This document shows, piece after piece, positions 22,390-35,139 of a DNA stretch of 64,000 bases. A program made the position numbers and the translations under genes. The stretch lies in NCBI GenBank assembly GCA_964016885.1, contig OZ024742.1, forward strand, positions 89,590,001 through 89,654,000. The letters run 5' to 3'. The number at the start of each line of letters is the position of its first letter. Position 1 is the stretch's first letter. The notes under the pieces were generated by a model. It was not told the DNA's origin and did not search any database. It saw nothing but the letters and a program-made list of their open reading frames with translations. Source of the stretch: Eledone cirrhosa (lineage: Eukaryota).

Positions 22390-23525
22390 CGGCTGTATGT
22401 CAAAACTTCATTCTATCTTGAAGGAGAGCAAAAAATATGCTACTGATCTCATGCTTGATCCCCAGGTTGGACAGACTGAGGAAACTGTTGCAATTGTTGT
22501 AGCTAAGCACATAAAATTAATGGCAAAACAAAAGGGCAAGGGCATTTAGCATCAAAGTGGGAGGAGAAACCTCTGCATGGCAAATATGTGACCCGTTGCA
22601 AACAAGCTGATGTTGACCAAACGCACACTCATCAGTGGCTACGTAGCTCAGGACTAAAAGTAGAGAGTGAAGACTTCATCTTAGCTGCCCATGTTCAAAG
22701 CTTACTGACTCGGAATTACCAGGCCAATGTGATGAGAAATGGAGTAAATCAAAAGTGCCGATTCTGTAATGTTGAGGTGGAAACAGTGGACCACCCAGTT
22801 TCTGGATGTAAAGTTTTAAATATAGACATGACAGAGTTGGCCAATATCTACACTGGGTAATATGACGGCATTATAAAATCAAAGCTGCTGACAAATGGTA
22901 CAATCATCATCCTGAGGCTGTAACTGAAGGAGAAAAAGTAACAATTCTTTGGGACTTTCCTATACATACTTACCGGACCATTAAAGCAAATAGACCAGAT
23001 ATCATTGTAAAATCCAACATATCAAGGTCTATTTGCTGACTGATATGAGCTTCCCATGTGATCACAATATCCCGGCAAAAGAATTCGACAAGCAAAGAAA
23101 ATATAAAGATCTGCTTATTGAAATCGAAAAAATGTGGCACCCCAAGGACGTTACAATACCAATGATTGTGGGAGCACTGGGAATGATCAAGAAAGGAACA
23201 GAACAGTAATTGAGAATGATTCCTCGTCTACCCTATCTGCAAGAGGTGCAAATAATTGTCTTGACTGGTACTGCCCACGTATTGAGAAGAGCACTATCTC
23301 TGTGAGAATGATACCCCCCACCCTTGTGTGGTTGTGTGTGTGTGTGAGTAGAGCACTACCCTGTAAGAATAATATCCCTTTGTAAGAATGATAAGCTGTA
23401 AATTATATTCAATGTGGTGTATTGACTGGCTTACCAATGTATACAATGAATTTATTTTCCTAGGTGTCAAGAAGACACTCGGCATATATCAGAAACAATA
23501 CTGAAGGAAAAGGAAAAACAATAAT
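22389..23525 (+). mobile_element. R4/Dong-like non-LTR 3' fragment, second family, degraded
   Basis: KPLHGKY..QWLRSSGLK..AAHVQSLLTRNY..CRFC..ETVDH..SGC; WDFPIHT..ANRPDIIV; ends in (TAA)n. Confidence 0.85.
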
Positions 23526-23957
23526 AATTGTTTCTACTTTTGGCACAAGGCCAGCAATTATCCTAATGTATTACTGGTACTTTATTTTATCGACCCTGTA
23601 AGGATGAAAGGCAAAGTTAACATTGGCGGGATTTGAACCAGATCGTAAAAGGCCGTAACTCTTTGCAAAGCATGGCGTCAGACCCTCTCCCGATACTGCC
23701 AATCCAATAGTAATGTTTTCATTTATTGGCCATAATGGTTTCTGATTTAGGCACAAGGCCAACAATATTTTGGTGGGGAGAGAGGGCAAAGTCGATTAAA
23801 TCAACCCCAGTGCATTACTGGTTCTCTGTTCTATCGACCCCATAAGGATGAAAAGCAACGCTAACCTTGGTGGGGTTTGAATTCAGAACGTAAAAGGCCA
23901 TAACTCTATGCTACAAAGAATGATCTCCGACGCTCTACTGATACTGCCAATCTACCA
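23523..23957 (-). mobile_element. Two tandem SINE copies (23523-23705 and 23733-23957)
   Basis: A/B boxes and central block as in the other copies; the second has a longer 3' segment. Confidence 0.88.
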
Positions 23958-24988
23958 AGGTATTTAGTCAGTCCAGTTGTGGTGTTTTTGATCAGACATT
24001 TCAAACTGGGTCATGCCTCGACTTCATTGAGTTCTGGGATTGCATAAAGAATTACAGTCGTAGTCCCCTCATTGATATGCGGCAGCGAAAGACAGAATAT
24101 GCCATCCCTTAGCATGCGCCCTCTTCTTGATATCTTAGCATTTTAGCGTTTGGTGAAGGATGCTAGATAGCTGTATTTTATCAGCAGATTTTCAAACTCT
24201 TTGGCGCTGTGTCTGTTTGGTCTATAACTACACTGTGTCTCTTTCTTATCCGGGAATCCACGTTGGATACATAGGCTGTTTTTGCTCATATGGGTAGGAC
24301 TGACGCGTAGTGCATATCACCATGTTGCTGAATTTTGTATAGAAAGATTGCTTTTATGTGTGATAATGTTGGACATCTAGTAAGGAATGAAACCTGATGT
24401 TGACGAGATGCTTAATCTTGTGAACTCTATTGACATTCTTGTGCATTCTGCAAGATTGGCAGGTAAGTATTCATATATGTGGTTGCTGAATAAACTTGGC
24501 AATTATCACAGTCTCGAATTCTGTTTGTAGATATAGGTCGCAGACTAGAAGTTTACATTGATTGCACGGGATGATTTAGTAAGTTGAAACAGAAAGATTC
24601 TCGTTTGCGTAGTGTCCTGTCTCATCAATCAGCTATTTCGTATTGAAATTGTGTCCGAAATATCTGAGAAATAGCAATTGAACTTAATCGTCTGCATGAA
24701 CATCTGTGATCTCGCCTTGGCATGATATGAATTCAGAAATAAGCCTAAGATTCCATGTGCAAACAGATATACACAGTTACCGTGTTTATGTATATACGCT
24801 GAGACAGACACATATATGCACACACATAACGTGTAAAGCGATGTGTATATGTGTGCAAAACATAAAAACATCATTAAAACATAGACTTGCTGACAAGCAA
24901 TAATTGAAATATTGAAAATTGATTATTGTTTCGATGTTAAACTCTACTATGAACACCCTTCTCTAGCATACGATATATATACAGGAAA

Positions 24989-25029
24989 TCTGGATAGAAG
25001 TCTGGATAGAAGTCTGGATAGAAGTCTGA
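24989..25029. repeat. 12-bp tandem repeat (tctggatagaag) x3
   Basis: Seen directly. Confidence 0.9.
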
Positions 25030-26434
25030 CAAAGCTTGGCTTGGAAATAAGTCTCCCTTTTAATTAAAGATGATTCACCCCGTTAATCTTCCCTTGCAAA
25101 GTTTACACTAAATCGCTGGCAAAGAGATGTAAAGTTTTTGTTGCATCCAAATTAGCTGGCGAACTGTGAGGCTTATAAGAGTTATACAGGCCCCTCAGAC
25201 AATACCCACAAAGAGAAAACGGACGTGCAGAGTTTTGTTAAGGAGACATTATTTGCTCTCGTGCTCGAGGGTGCGTTGAAAGGCGATTAAGTAAGTGCGT
25301 GTGTAGCATGCCCGCGTAGGATTGCCTGATTTGGGGTCTACGAATGTGTGTATTGGATGTACGGGTGTACTTGCGTGCGTGTGGGCTGGTAGCTTGGTGT
25401 ATGGGGTGGGCCTAATTTTCGTGATACTGTGTTTGTGCATCCATCATTGGCTGAATACTAACATAGCAACATCACTACTAAGAAGAATACATAGATGTAT
25501 GTACCACACTTAAGCAGAACGCATATGCACGTAGTGCTGTCACCCCATACCCCGCCCCCACCGCCCGCCCCGCGTCAGAAAGCATACAAAATGACTCTTC
25601 CACCTTTAGCCTCCTCCTCTCTTTTTTGTACATACAATGATGCATACCAAAACCAGGGTCTCAGAAAGCAAACCACCCAATCCATCTATCAAAACTGACA
25701 TGAGAAATGCGTACGCATGGAAATATACAAACCCACCACATAGGCAGAGGGAAGGACGCGACACCCATACAAAATAACCTCAACTACACACTTACACACA
25801 CTAAAATTAGTTACCTACACGCCCACTACCACAACAACGAAAACACCCACCAAAATAAAAGAATAGGGCAGGAAAGGAAAGTGAGGGGATCTGCGAGTGA
25901 GAAGAGAAAGAGATAATACTACCCTCAACTAGCCCCGAAACCAGATTCTCTTGACCCCGTTTTCGACAATGTAGTAGTTTGCTTCCTTCCAAAATTTTAC
26001 CCATCACCATTTACGACCATAACAGAGCTAACATACGACGACACAAATACATGAAGACGTAGATTTAGACACGCGCACACATCTAGAGAATGAGGGTGAA
26101 TAATACATAACTGAAAGTGCTATGAGGGCGACTGTGCACAAGAACGCAGTGATCACGATAGAGCCTTCACCTCTATGCGACTATCGGCCACAGCCCCCCA
26201 TCTACACCACGTTTTTTCCCACTTACCCCACATACCCTGTTGAAACAGTGTATAGAAGTAGCTGAAAATTAAAAATGAATTCAGTTATCCCCTCTCCTTT
26301 GAAACAGCGTGAACTCAGCCACCCGGCACTAACTTTTATCTCCACATACAATCTACTTTCCCAAGCACCGCGTACGGGGCTGAATATGGTCTTACTAGTT
26401 TGACTGGTAACTCCAACCCGCCCCCCCCCTCTCA

Positions 26435-26491
<57 letters not shown>

Positions 26492-26667
26492 AATACATAA
26501 ACAGAGAAAGCCTTAAGCGATACTCCGACCAACTCCATCTCACTCAACAAACATTAGGATATACCTAAGTATTATCACAATTTAGTGTTTGGGGTGCTAA
26601 CTAATCAGTATTTCGTGGATAGCTGGTTGTATTATTTTATATGAGACATTTATAAATATATATATAT

Positions 26668-27379
26668 ACCAGAAGTGTATCCCGGCGTTGCACGTGTAAG
26701 AACATTGGTAATAGCACCTTCAATGAGAAACTTTTATTTGTGAGTGCCTGTTAAAAACTCACGAAAATATACCCACAGGAAACTTCTTTTATTTGGAGAA
26801 AATTAAGAAGTTGAAAGTACAGTTTAGCTGTCTACGTGCATTGTTCATAGAAATATTGTTGAGCTCCTTCGTTTCATAGTCTTCTATTTTGGCCTTTTGG
26901 GCGTAAATGTGAGAGAGAAAGTCACAGGTTAAGTTGGAAGAAGGCTCTAGTACAATAACAGTAAGGCGTAGGCTACTTACCTCAAAAGTTCATTCGCACT
27001 TTTTCCACTAAGATACTCTTTCTCTGTATCCCTCTCAGTGCTGTCCCTTGCGAATTTCTCGCGTAGGCCTGGTGTAGATTTGCACCCAATCCATCTGCCC
27101 GATGCACATGTCCGCTTTTAGGGTTTTGGAGGAAGCAGTGACCAGCAGTACGTTGTTCAGTATTTTTACGAAAAGGTATAGCAGAGAATCCCGCGTGAAC
27201 TAACAGTTCGGGAGGAAACTGTTTACCTCGAAGATTCATTCGCCATCGTTCTTGTCAACGCTCCGTTTACATGGTATGTGTTGGTCTACAGTTAGATGAA
27301 TGGCGCACAAAGGGTTAATGTTTATTGGCAAGAAGATTTTGAATAATAAAAGACGGGTTAAAGCGACCTACAATGTTTC

Positions 27380-27390
<11 letters not shown>
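26668..27390 (-). mobile_element. Probable non-autonomous Helitron
   Basis: Minus-strand end cacgtgcaacgccgggatacacttCTGG resembles the Helitron 3' ends at ~1190 and ~34905; both ends lie in (TA)n. Confidence 0.55.
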
Positions 27391-27469
<79 letters not shown>

Positions 27470-27472
<3 letters not shown>

Positions 27473-28265
27473 CTGATTGGTGCAAGAAAATAACTAAAGA
27501 AAGTTATTGGGACACGTAAAATAGGGTGAAACGAGCGAGACATGTAAACAAACATAGATGGTATGGCAACGGAAAGATAAGTAGAGAGGAGAAAAGTCCG
27601 TGAAATCTTATAAGCTTAAGCTTGGTGAATCATACACGAGAGATACAAACCATCCGACCTGGGTGAGAATTGAGCGAGAAAAGGATTTCACACAGGTCAA
27701 ACTGGAGGAAGTGAGAGATACAGAGAAAGGGGAAGCAGTAAGAAAGAAACAGACAGGTCACGGCGGAGGAAAAAATATAAATATATGAAACATGGAGTGC
27801 TGCGTTACACATGGGTTACATATGAATAAAATTAGTCCTTCAGTGATCTTCCAGCCTTCATTGGTATTTCATCGGTTTAAAGATCATATACCTCTGGTTG
27901 ATGCGAGCAAAAACTAAAGAAAGTTATTGGGACACGTAAAATAGGGTGAAACGAGCGAGACACGTAAACAAACATAGATGGTATGGCAACGAGAAGATAA
28001 GAAGAGAGGAGACAAGTCCGTGAAATCTTATAAGCTGAAGCTTTGTGAAATCATAGACGAGAGATACAGACCATCCGACCTGGGTGAGATGTGGGCGAGA
28101 AGAGGATTTCACACAGGTCAAACGGGAGGAATTGAGAGAGGGGAGAAGCAGAGGGTGAGGGAGTGAAAGTGTGAGGAAGAGGCCAGCTGAGAGAGAGTGA
28201 CTGGCAGAGGGGGTAAAAAGAAGGTGAGAGATACAGAGAAAGAGGAAGCAGTAAGAAAGAAACGA
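27470..28265. repeat. Diverged direct duplication (27470-27755 and 27890-28265) of an unclassified repeat
   Basis: ctaaagaaagttattgggacacgtaaaatagggtgaaacgagcgagac... occurs twice. Confidence 0.85.
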
Positions 28266-29098
28266 CTCTGGTTATGCTCATACCACTTCTCAGAATGTGG
28301 TAAATTGTTTACTTTGCATAGATGCCAGAGGATCACCCTGCCTATCACATCATGTCTCCAGCCCTTATAGTGAGTCTGGACTAGGTGTTTACACTCGGAT
28401 ACAATGTGAGCCACAGTCTTCTCTTCTCTCTCCACAGATCCTACACAGTAATCTAGCCTCCTCCTTGTAAATATGGTGTTTCACCAACTTCGTTCTGAAG
28501 GCTTGCTCTTTCGCAGCCATTAGCATTCCTTCTGTTGCTTTGTTAATGTCTCCTCTTTTTAACCAGTTCCATGTCTGTGGATCTCTAAATTCAGTTTTCT
28601 TAAAGAAGGTACTATGAAGGTATTTTTCATGAATGTTGCTCTTCCTCCTTGTTGTGATTTCCTCCTTGGACATCCCCTGGTCTATTGTCTTCTCCTTCAG
28701 TACAATTTTGGGCATTGGCTCCCTACTGTCAGTCACGTATTTGTACAGGTTGTTTTTCTCCATCTGAACACAGTCTTCTAAGCTGATAAGACCTCTTCCA
28801 CCTTAATATCTATTTAAGTAGAGTCTATCGACATCAATCCTCTTGTGGAACATGCTGTAGATAGTCAATAGCTTCCTAGTCTTCCTATCCATTTCTTTTT
28901 GTTCAGCAACATTCCATTTCAGAATTCCCGCACTTTACCTAATAATAGACACAGCTGGGGAATTCACTGCACTTATGACATTCCTACTATTTAGATGTGA
29001 TTTCAACACGCTCCTTACTCTCCTTATGTACTCAGATCTCATCAGTTCCTTCATTTTTTGTTCTTGGTGTCATCTGCCTCCAGAACACCTAAATATTT
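28266..29098 (-). mobile_element. R4/Dong-like fragment, same family as 11662-12460
   Basis: WNWLKRGDINKATEGMLMAA..CRICGE..VAHIVSECKHL..WRHD; near-identical DNA to 11670-11965. Confidence 0.88.
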
Positions 29099-29169
29099 AT
29101 TATTATTACTAATATTTTTATTTTATTTTTAGATGGTGATGATGATGTTTTCTTTATTAACCAATAATA

Positions 29170-29572
29170 ATAATAATTGTTTCTACGTTTTGGCACAAGG
29201 CCATCAATTACCCAGTGCATTACTGGTACTTTATTTTATCGACCCCGTATGGATGAAAGGCAAAGTCAACCTCGGAGGGATTTGAACTCAGATCGTAAAG
29301 GGACATAACTATGCTGGAAAGCATGGCGTCCGAGCCTCTACCGATACTGCCAATCCACCGCCCTTAGACCAATAATAATAATAATTGTTTCTACGTTTTG
29401 GCACAAGGCCAGCAATTAACCAGTGCATTACTGGTACTTTATTTTATCGAGCACGTAAGGATGAAATAAAGTTACCTCGGCGGGATTTGAACACAGAATG
29501 GCAAGGGCCGTAACTCTATACGTCAAAGCATGGCGTCCGACCCTCTACTGATACTGCCAATCCACCGCCCTT
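29170..29572 (-). mobile_element. Two tandem SINE copies (29170-29363 and 29378-29572)
   Basis: Full head-to-tail copies separated and flanked by (AAT)n. Confidence 0.92.
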
Positions 29573-29949
29573 AATAATAATAATGATAGCGATAACGATG
29601 ATGGCGATAACGATGATGGTGACTCCGACAACGGCGATCCTGTTGAGAACGACGATAACGAGGAAGATGATGGTGATAGCGATGATGCTGATGATGATGG
29701 TGTTAATGAAAAGGCAAATGAATATGATGATGATTATTATGAAATCTTACGATCTAATAAATATCTGGAACAGAATTAATTATCCCACGATTCAGGTTTA
29801 TTGTACATTTACGTAATTTCAATAATCCATTTAATTATTTAGTTTATGATAAAGTATCTATTGAAATTATGCAAAGGCGTGAGAAACATTTAAGCATCAA
29901 AGTTGATTTTGACACATGCGTGGGAATTAAAGGGATTTGTTTCTGTGCT

Positions 29950-30009
29950 GAAACACCATAAATATGCCTCTCAGTTCAATATTAAATTGAATTTGGAGTC
30001 AAAAACAAA
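29950..30009 (+). promoter_or_regulatory. Possible core promoter/5' UTR of the secreted-peptide gene
   Basis: TATA-like CATAAATA at ~29957, Inr-like TCAGTT at 29971, AAAAACAAA before the ATG. TATA-Inr spacing is shorter than canonical. Confidence 0.3.
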
Positions 30010-30157
30010 ATGTATAACATCATGTCGCAGATCCTTGTTATCACTGTTTTTATTCTACTGACTGTCGTTGGAACAACTGCATTGCATTATCCATGGCAAA
30101 CAACATGGTATCCAACTCCTATACCACATTATTGGCCTCCTTACAGTCCTCAAACAA
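30010..30157 (+). CDS. Probable first coding exon of a host secreted protein/peptide (signal peptide + W/Y/P/H-rich segment)
   Basis: Hand translation MYNIMSQILVITVFILLTVVGTTA-LHYPWQTTWYPTPIPHYWPPYSPQT; CAAA-ATG context; donor A|GTAATT at 30158 (phase 1); lies in an island with no recognisable repeat. Confidence 0.65.
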
Positions 30158-30927
30158 GTAATTATTCTATATTTTCTTTAAATATTTAAAAGTTAGTAAT
30201 AATGTTACTCTAATTTTAAACTCTGAAACATTTTTTAAAAATCTATCTGTATACCGAGGTTGATATGATTTTAACGATTTTGAAGTGATATTTATATTTA
30301 TAGATATTTATTGGTTTTATATCGTGTAACGTGAATTCAATTTAAATTCCTAATTATCAATATTTCACCTGGTACGTCTCATTAGAAAATAAGGTATGAC
30401 GATAATTCTTTCATATTTCCTGTACACCGAAATATTGGTCGTTCGGTGTCGGTAAGTTCAAACAAATTAATATATTTATGCCATATATTAGATTACACCG
30501 TGTAATAATTGATTTTGTTCTTGTCTCTGATGTCTTCTATTCGATACTGACTCTCTAAAGATTTAATTTGGGGGTTTGGCTACTAAGTTTATTGAAGTTG
30601 TGGAACACTTTTGTCGGAACATGATGGCATGAATTTATCTCTTTTTACAAATATCTACATTGAGACAGTGTTTTCGGTTATATTGGTAACAGCGTGTGAT
30701 ATTTTGGGAGAACCTTTACTCATAAAAATCACTATACCGAACTTGCAACAATTGTGATTGTCAGTTTTATGGGTGCGAATGATAAGTTAAAATCAAATTA
30801 TAATTACATAGTTTCCAGTACTGAAAAAAAAGAAAATAATGCTACTATAGTTAGGAGTGTGGTGGCGTTTAGAAAACCATAAAATGACAGTAAATGTACA
30901 TTGTTGTATACAGTTACATCCCATTAA

Positions 30928-31012
30928 CTTTCCGAGTTCAAATCGCATCGGTGTAAATATTGCCCTTCATCTTACCTAGGTCGATAAAATAAGAACTATT
31001 CAAATACTGGGG
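30928..31012 (+). mobile_element. Old partial SINE copy
   Basis: gagttcaaat (B-box) ... gcccttcatcttacctaggtcgataaaataag. Confidence 0.65.
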
Positions 31013-31074
31013 ACTATAGATTGCCCTATAATTTAATGCTATGAACCTATCTTATATACTACAGTTAATAATAT

Positions 31075-31720
31075 CTTTACATTTTGAGTTTAAGTACAAA
31101 ACTTAGGGGAGTTTGTGTACACAGATAAACAGATATACAGTGATTATACCATTGGTTTGGGGACATAATTGATTTTTCTCCTAATCTGTATGATGAGTTG
31201 CAGGTTGTCACCTAGACTCGTAAGCTATATTTCTTTGTAGGAATTCATTTTTCAGTGGGCACTTATTAGAGTCTCTGCAGTTGCATGTTCTGTTCAGTAC
31301 CGTTGTATCTGCAGTGAGTTGTTATTTTTCTGTGGTAGAATGTGTTCGCTCCTGGTTCATGCTCATGTTAAGGGATGGATATTTACCGTTGCCTCGTACC
31401 ACCCGCTTTTGTTCTGTCCACGGGACTTGCTCTGTCAAAGGTAATCCGGTTCACTCTTTGGTTTTTCGGCTGAATACTGTTGTATCTTAACATATTGTGA
31501 TTGTTATTGATATTATTGTTATTTCAGTTGAAGGGAATTTTAACGGAATAGGAATTTTAGAATGTATTATTTCCATTCATTGTTATGTTCACCACTCGCT
31601 TTTGCACGGGATACGATATGCTGGGACCGTAATTTACAAAGCCAGGATCGTTGTTCATGTTGTGGTTGTTGCTGTTAGCTTTACATCTATTTTTATTGTT
31701 ATTTTTATTGCCTATTTTGA
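31075..31720 (-). pseudogene. Degraded PLE GIY-YIG fragment (Hydra-like)
   Basis: Minus-strand translation TCNCRDSNKCPLKNEFLQRNIAY....QWYNH, preceded by an Asn-rich linker. Confidence 0.7.
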
Positions 31721-31898
31721 TGACTGACCAAATACTATAAACAATGACCAGTTCACTCGTCTGAAGCCAACCATAATGACAAAACATACTTTCTGAGAAA
31801 TATGAACTGATTAACCGAGGACTGCCCTAAGTATCAAATGAAACAATAAACTGGAGAATATTTTGGGGGGTGACAAAAATGTGAATGTGCAAACACGA

Positions 31899-31962
31899 AC
31901 CACGTCCAAATATAGACCAAAGAAAGTCCACGTCCAAATATAGACCAAAGAAAGTCCACGCC
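31899..31962. repeat. 28-bp tandem repeat (ccacgtccaaatatagaccaaagaaagt) x2.2
   Basis: Seen directly. Confidence 0.85.
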
Positions 31963-32539
31963 CGACGTAATACACAAAAGGAAATACATCTGTGGGTAAC
32001 TCCATATTCATGCTGAGCAGTGAAGAAACAACACCTAAGCCCGCCAATTACTGTATCGGATTGATAGTGACACCACTAATGATTATATAAGTAAAGTACT
32101 AACTGACGAGAACGTGTCTGATTATTATATAACTGATGCCATCTAAATACGTATCAAAGGATTAAGTATTAAATAGAATTTGATGAAATTATAAAATACT
32201 CTCATCTAATTCATTATTATAGTAATACTCTGCTGTGCACACACTTCCGTTATACATAACGGTGGAACTACACCACGTCGAGTGCTCATCCTGCTAACGT
32301 TAGTGATTATAGATATGTACCTAAAAACTAACAAATCATTCATTCACACTTATTTAACATAACATAATCATATACATAGAGAAAAGAGACGGAGTGAGTG
32401 GAGGGGGGGGGGAGATACAGAAAGTAAGCGGAAAACGATACAGCGCATGGTGGTGGAGAGCTTAAATAATTTCGGATGGTGATTCTAGGATGAAAGATTA
32501 CTGCTTGGTCCTGGTGCGAGTCACTAGAGATGCTTGATG

Positions 32540-33300
32540 TAATATAATGGTTGAGACAGAGAGATGCTGTGCTGAATGATTGTGGGAAACGGAAGTGACG
32601 ATGTGTTTTTGCTAATCCTAGGTCAGGTGTTCTGCGAATCGATGTGTGTCTGCCTTGAGAACTTGTTGGTAGAGGTCAATAAGATACATTTGATAGAATA
32701 TCAGTTTTTTGTACCAGTAGCCGACAATAATGTCTCTTCCTGGTGTTTTCTTATGTTGGAGTTTTCCTATCACAGTATCAAGGGCATCCTCATTTATTTC
32801 GTATGTTTGTGTTGTAGTGTAGGAGCAATAGTTCGTTTTAATTTATTTTATCCACACTGCATCTTTGTTGAAATTCTTCTTTTCACCCCATATTTTTCTC
32901 CAGAAGGAATCTATGTCTTTCTAGGATGGGGCATCAGTGACCTTTATTACTTTGCCCTTCATATCTCTCTAGACTGATGTTTGGTTTCGTCTGAATCTTT
33001 AATGAAGTACTTTTCTTTCATCTACCCTCTTCAGCTATCGGTGTTTCTCACTGACAACTCTCAATTCTTGTTTGAGGGTGATCAGCTTATATTGAAGATT
33101 TCTGGTTGTACTGTCACCAAACATCGTTTCTATTTTATTTTTCACTCTTTGTTGTTGAGGAGTGAAGTTTTATTTTTGTTTTTGTTTGCATGTAAGGAGC
33201 ATTGTCACATATCCTATAGTTTTTCGTAGGTCAACAATCTTTTTTTCTAATTTAGTTATACACCTTCGGGTGGTTTTCTGCTAGCATGTGTAGTGTCCAT
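32540..33300 (-). pseudogene. Degraded R4/Dong-like ORF region upstream of the RT core
   Basis: Minus-strand IDSFWRKIWGEKKNFNKDAVWIK ... KKTPGRDIIVGYWYKKL; many stops. Confidence 0.65.
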
Positions 33301-33651
33301 ATTGATATTAGACGCAAATATATATGCATGTAGATATGATATGTCAAATAAAATCGTAATTGACAATATGCACAGAAATTGAAGAGGGACTGTGTTGCAC
33401 TCTCTTCTGTAATCTTTAAAGGAATCCATGATACATTTAAAAAAGACGATATTATATATAAACTACACTGCGACAGAATTTTATGAAAACGAAAAAGAAG
33501 AAAATTAGCGACAGAAATATAAACCTTATATAACGATGAAAATATATGAACGTTTACATAAGCAATGTAATAAGTGTTATGATATAATGAACGCTAACCG
33601 GAAGTGTTGACATTGGAAAATTTTAAAAGAAGTGAATCTTAAAATAAGCAA

Positions 33652-34930
33652 TCTATATATATATAACTGAGGTTGTCTGTCTGTCTATCGATTTTTGGCA
33701 CACATCTCCTCTTAGAATCTCTCACGGAATTGCACCGAAATTGCTATACTTGTACATTGAGCCCTAGCGAAGACATCGGAAAAAAAATATTTCAAATTGA
33801 CCCGCCCTATCTGACGAAATCGAATATAATGTATCGATTTTTGTGCGTAAGTGATCAGTTATTTCCCTTTGTCCTGTTTACATTCAGCGTAGCGTCTTAC
33901 GTTCTCTTTACATTTTCTGCGTGCAAAAATTAAAAAAATGATTTCCCTTTGTTCTGTTTACATTCAGCGTAGCGTCTTACGTTCTGTTTACATTTTCTGC
34001 GTGCAAAAATTAAAAAAATTACGCTGGCAAAAATTAAAAAAATTACGCTGGCTTTCTCAGCGTTTAAAATGACATTAACACAATACACGAACAGTTGTCG
34101 AGCCAGCAAAATTTTGACCTGCAAAATTCATCAGTTCGAACACTAAGCTTCCGTTTTGCTTCATTTCCATTTAAAAGCCTTTTAAAACAATATTTTTACT
34201 TGAAAACAAGTCTATTTAAAGACTACGTAAAACAAGCAAATATTTCGTAAAAAAAAGTAAAAATTATATAAGTTTATTTAAAATATATGTATCTGTAAAT
34301 TTCGTTAGGCGTGCAGACAGACAGTCGTGCAGACAGACAGTCGTGCAGAGAGGTGATATACGCGTGCAGACAGATAGTCGTGCAGAGAGGTGATATAGGC
34401 GTGCAGACAGACAGTCATGCAGAGAGGTGATATAGGCGTGCAGACAGACAGTCATGCAGAGAGGTGATATAGGCGATTATTTCCCTTTTATGGAATGAGC
34501 AGACGATTAGCGAATGTGCAGACGATTAAGTAAATCTTTAGTAGAGTGAATTGGAATCTCCAGTTTGTTTAATAGCTTCATTTGCACTGTACTGCCTTTG
34601 TATGCTACAACGCTTTAAAAGTTCGGCGAGTTCATTACTTCGTAAGTTATTGATATTTATTTTTTTATTACGACGGTTAGCAAACTTTCCCTATTAAACG
34701 TTTAAATTAATTTTACGGTCTTATAAGGCTGAATTTACTTTAATTCGGGTTATCGTTATGTTTTCTTAACTTCATAAGGCATATTGTTGGTTGAGGGAAT
34801 ATTAATCAAAAACACCACATGCAAGTCTGCACAGTAGACACTACAGTTTTTAAGCCGAAAAAGAAACTTAACATTGTAACTTTAACACAGCTACTGAGCG
34901 ACCCCGAGCAACGCCGGGCTTTACTGCTAG
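33652..34930 (+). mobile_element. Complete non-autonomous Helitron (~1.28 kb)
   Basis: A|TCTATATATATATAACTGAGGTTGTCTGT ... CCCGagcaacgcCGGG-ctttactg-CTAG|T. Inserted between A and T with no TSD; internal ~37-bp tandem repeats at 34308-34475. Confidence 0.9.
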
Positions 34931-35139
34931 TTATTATATATAAGAACAACTATATTTAATCAACAGCTAAGACATTTAGTACATAAATTATGTAATATTC
35001 ATTCATTATTTATTCAAAGTAATCCAACTTATTTTACTAACTGGATAAACAAATATATGTAGGACGCAGTCCCTCACTCCTCCTTTTATTATATTATGAT
35101 ATGATGGTGTTTTTGTGGTGTTTTGTTCTTAATATCTCT

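Noticed and set aside
29575-29816. Met-rich 77-aa ORF (reflectin-like at first glance)
   Set aside because: Degenerate (GAT)n microsatellite; lacks the reflectin Tyr/Arg/Trp composition and motif.
31241-31313. Apparent plus-strand exon (ttctttgtAG ... GCA|GTGAGT, open in phase 0, Cys-containing) as exon 2 of the 30010 gene
   Set aside because: Wrong phase, and it is the antisense of a PLE GIY-YIG segment (CNCRDSNKCPL).
34308-34475. Regularly spaced ~37-bp repeats, CRISPR-like at first glance
   Set aside because: No unique spacers; internal tandem repeats of a Helitron in eukaryotic DNA.
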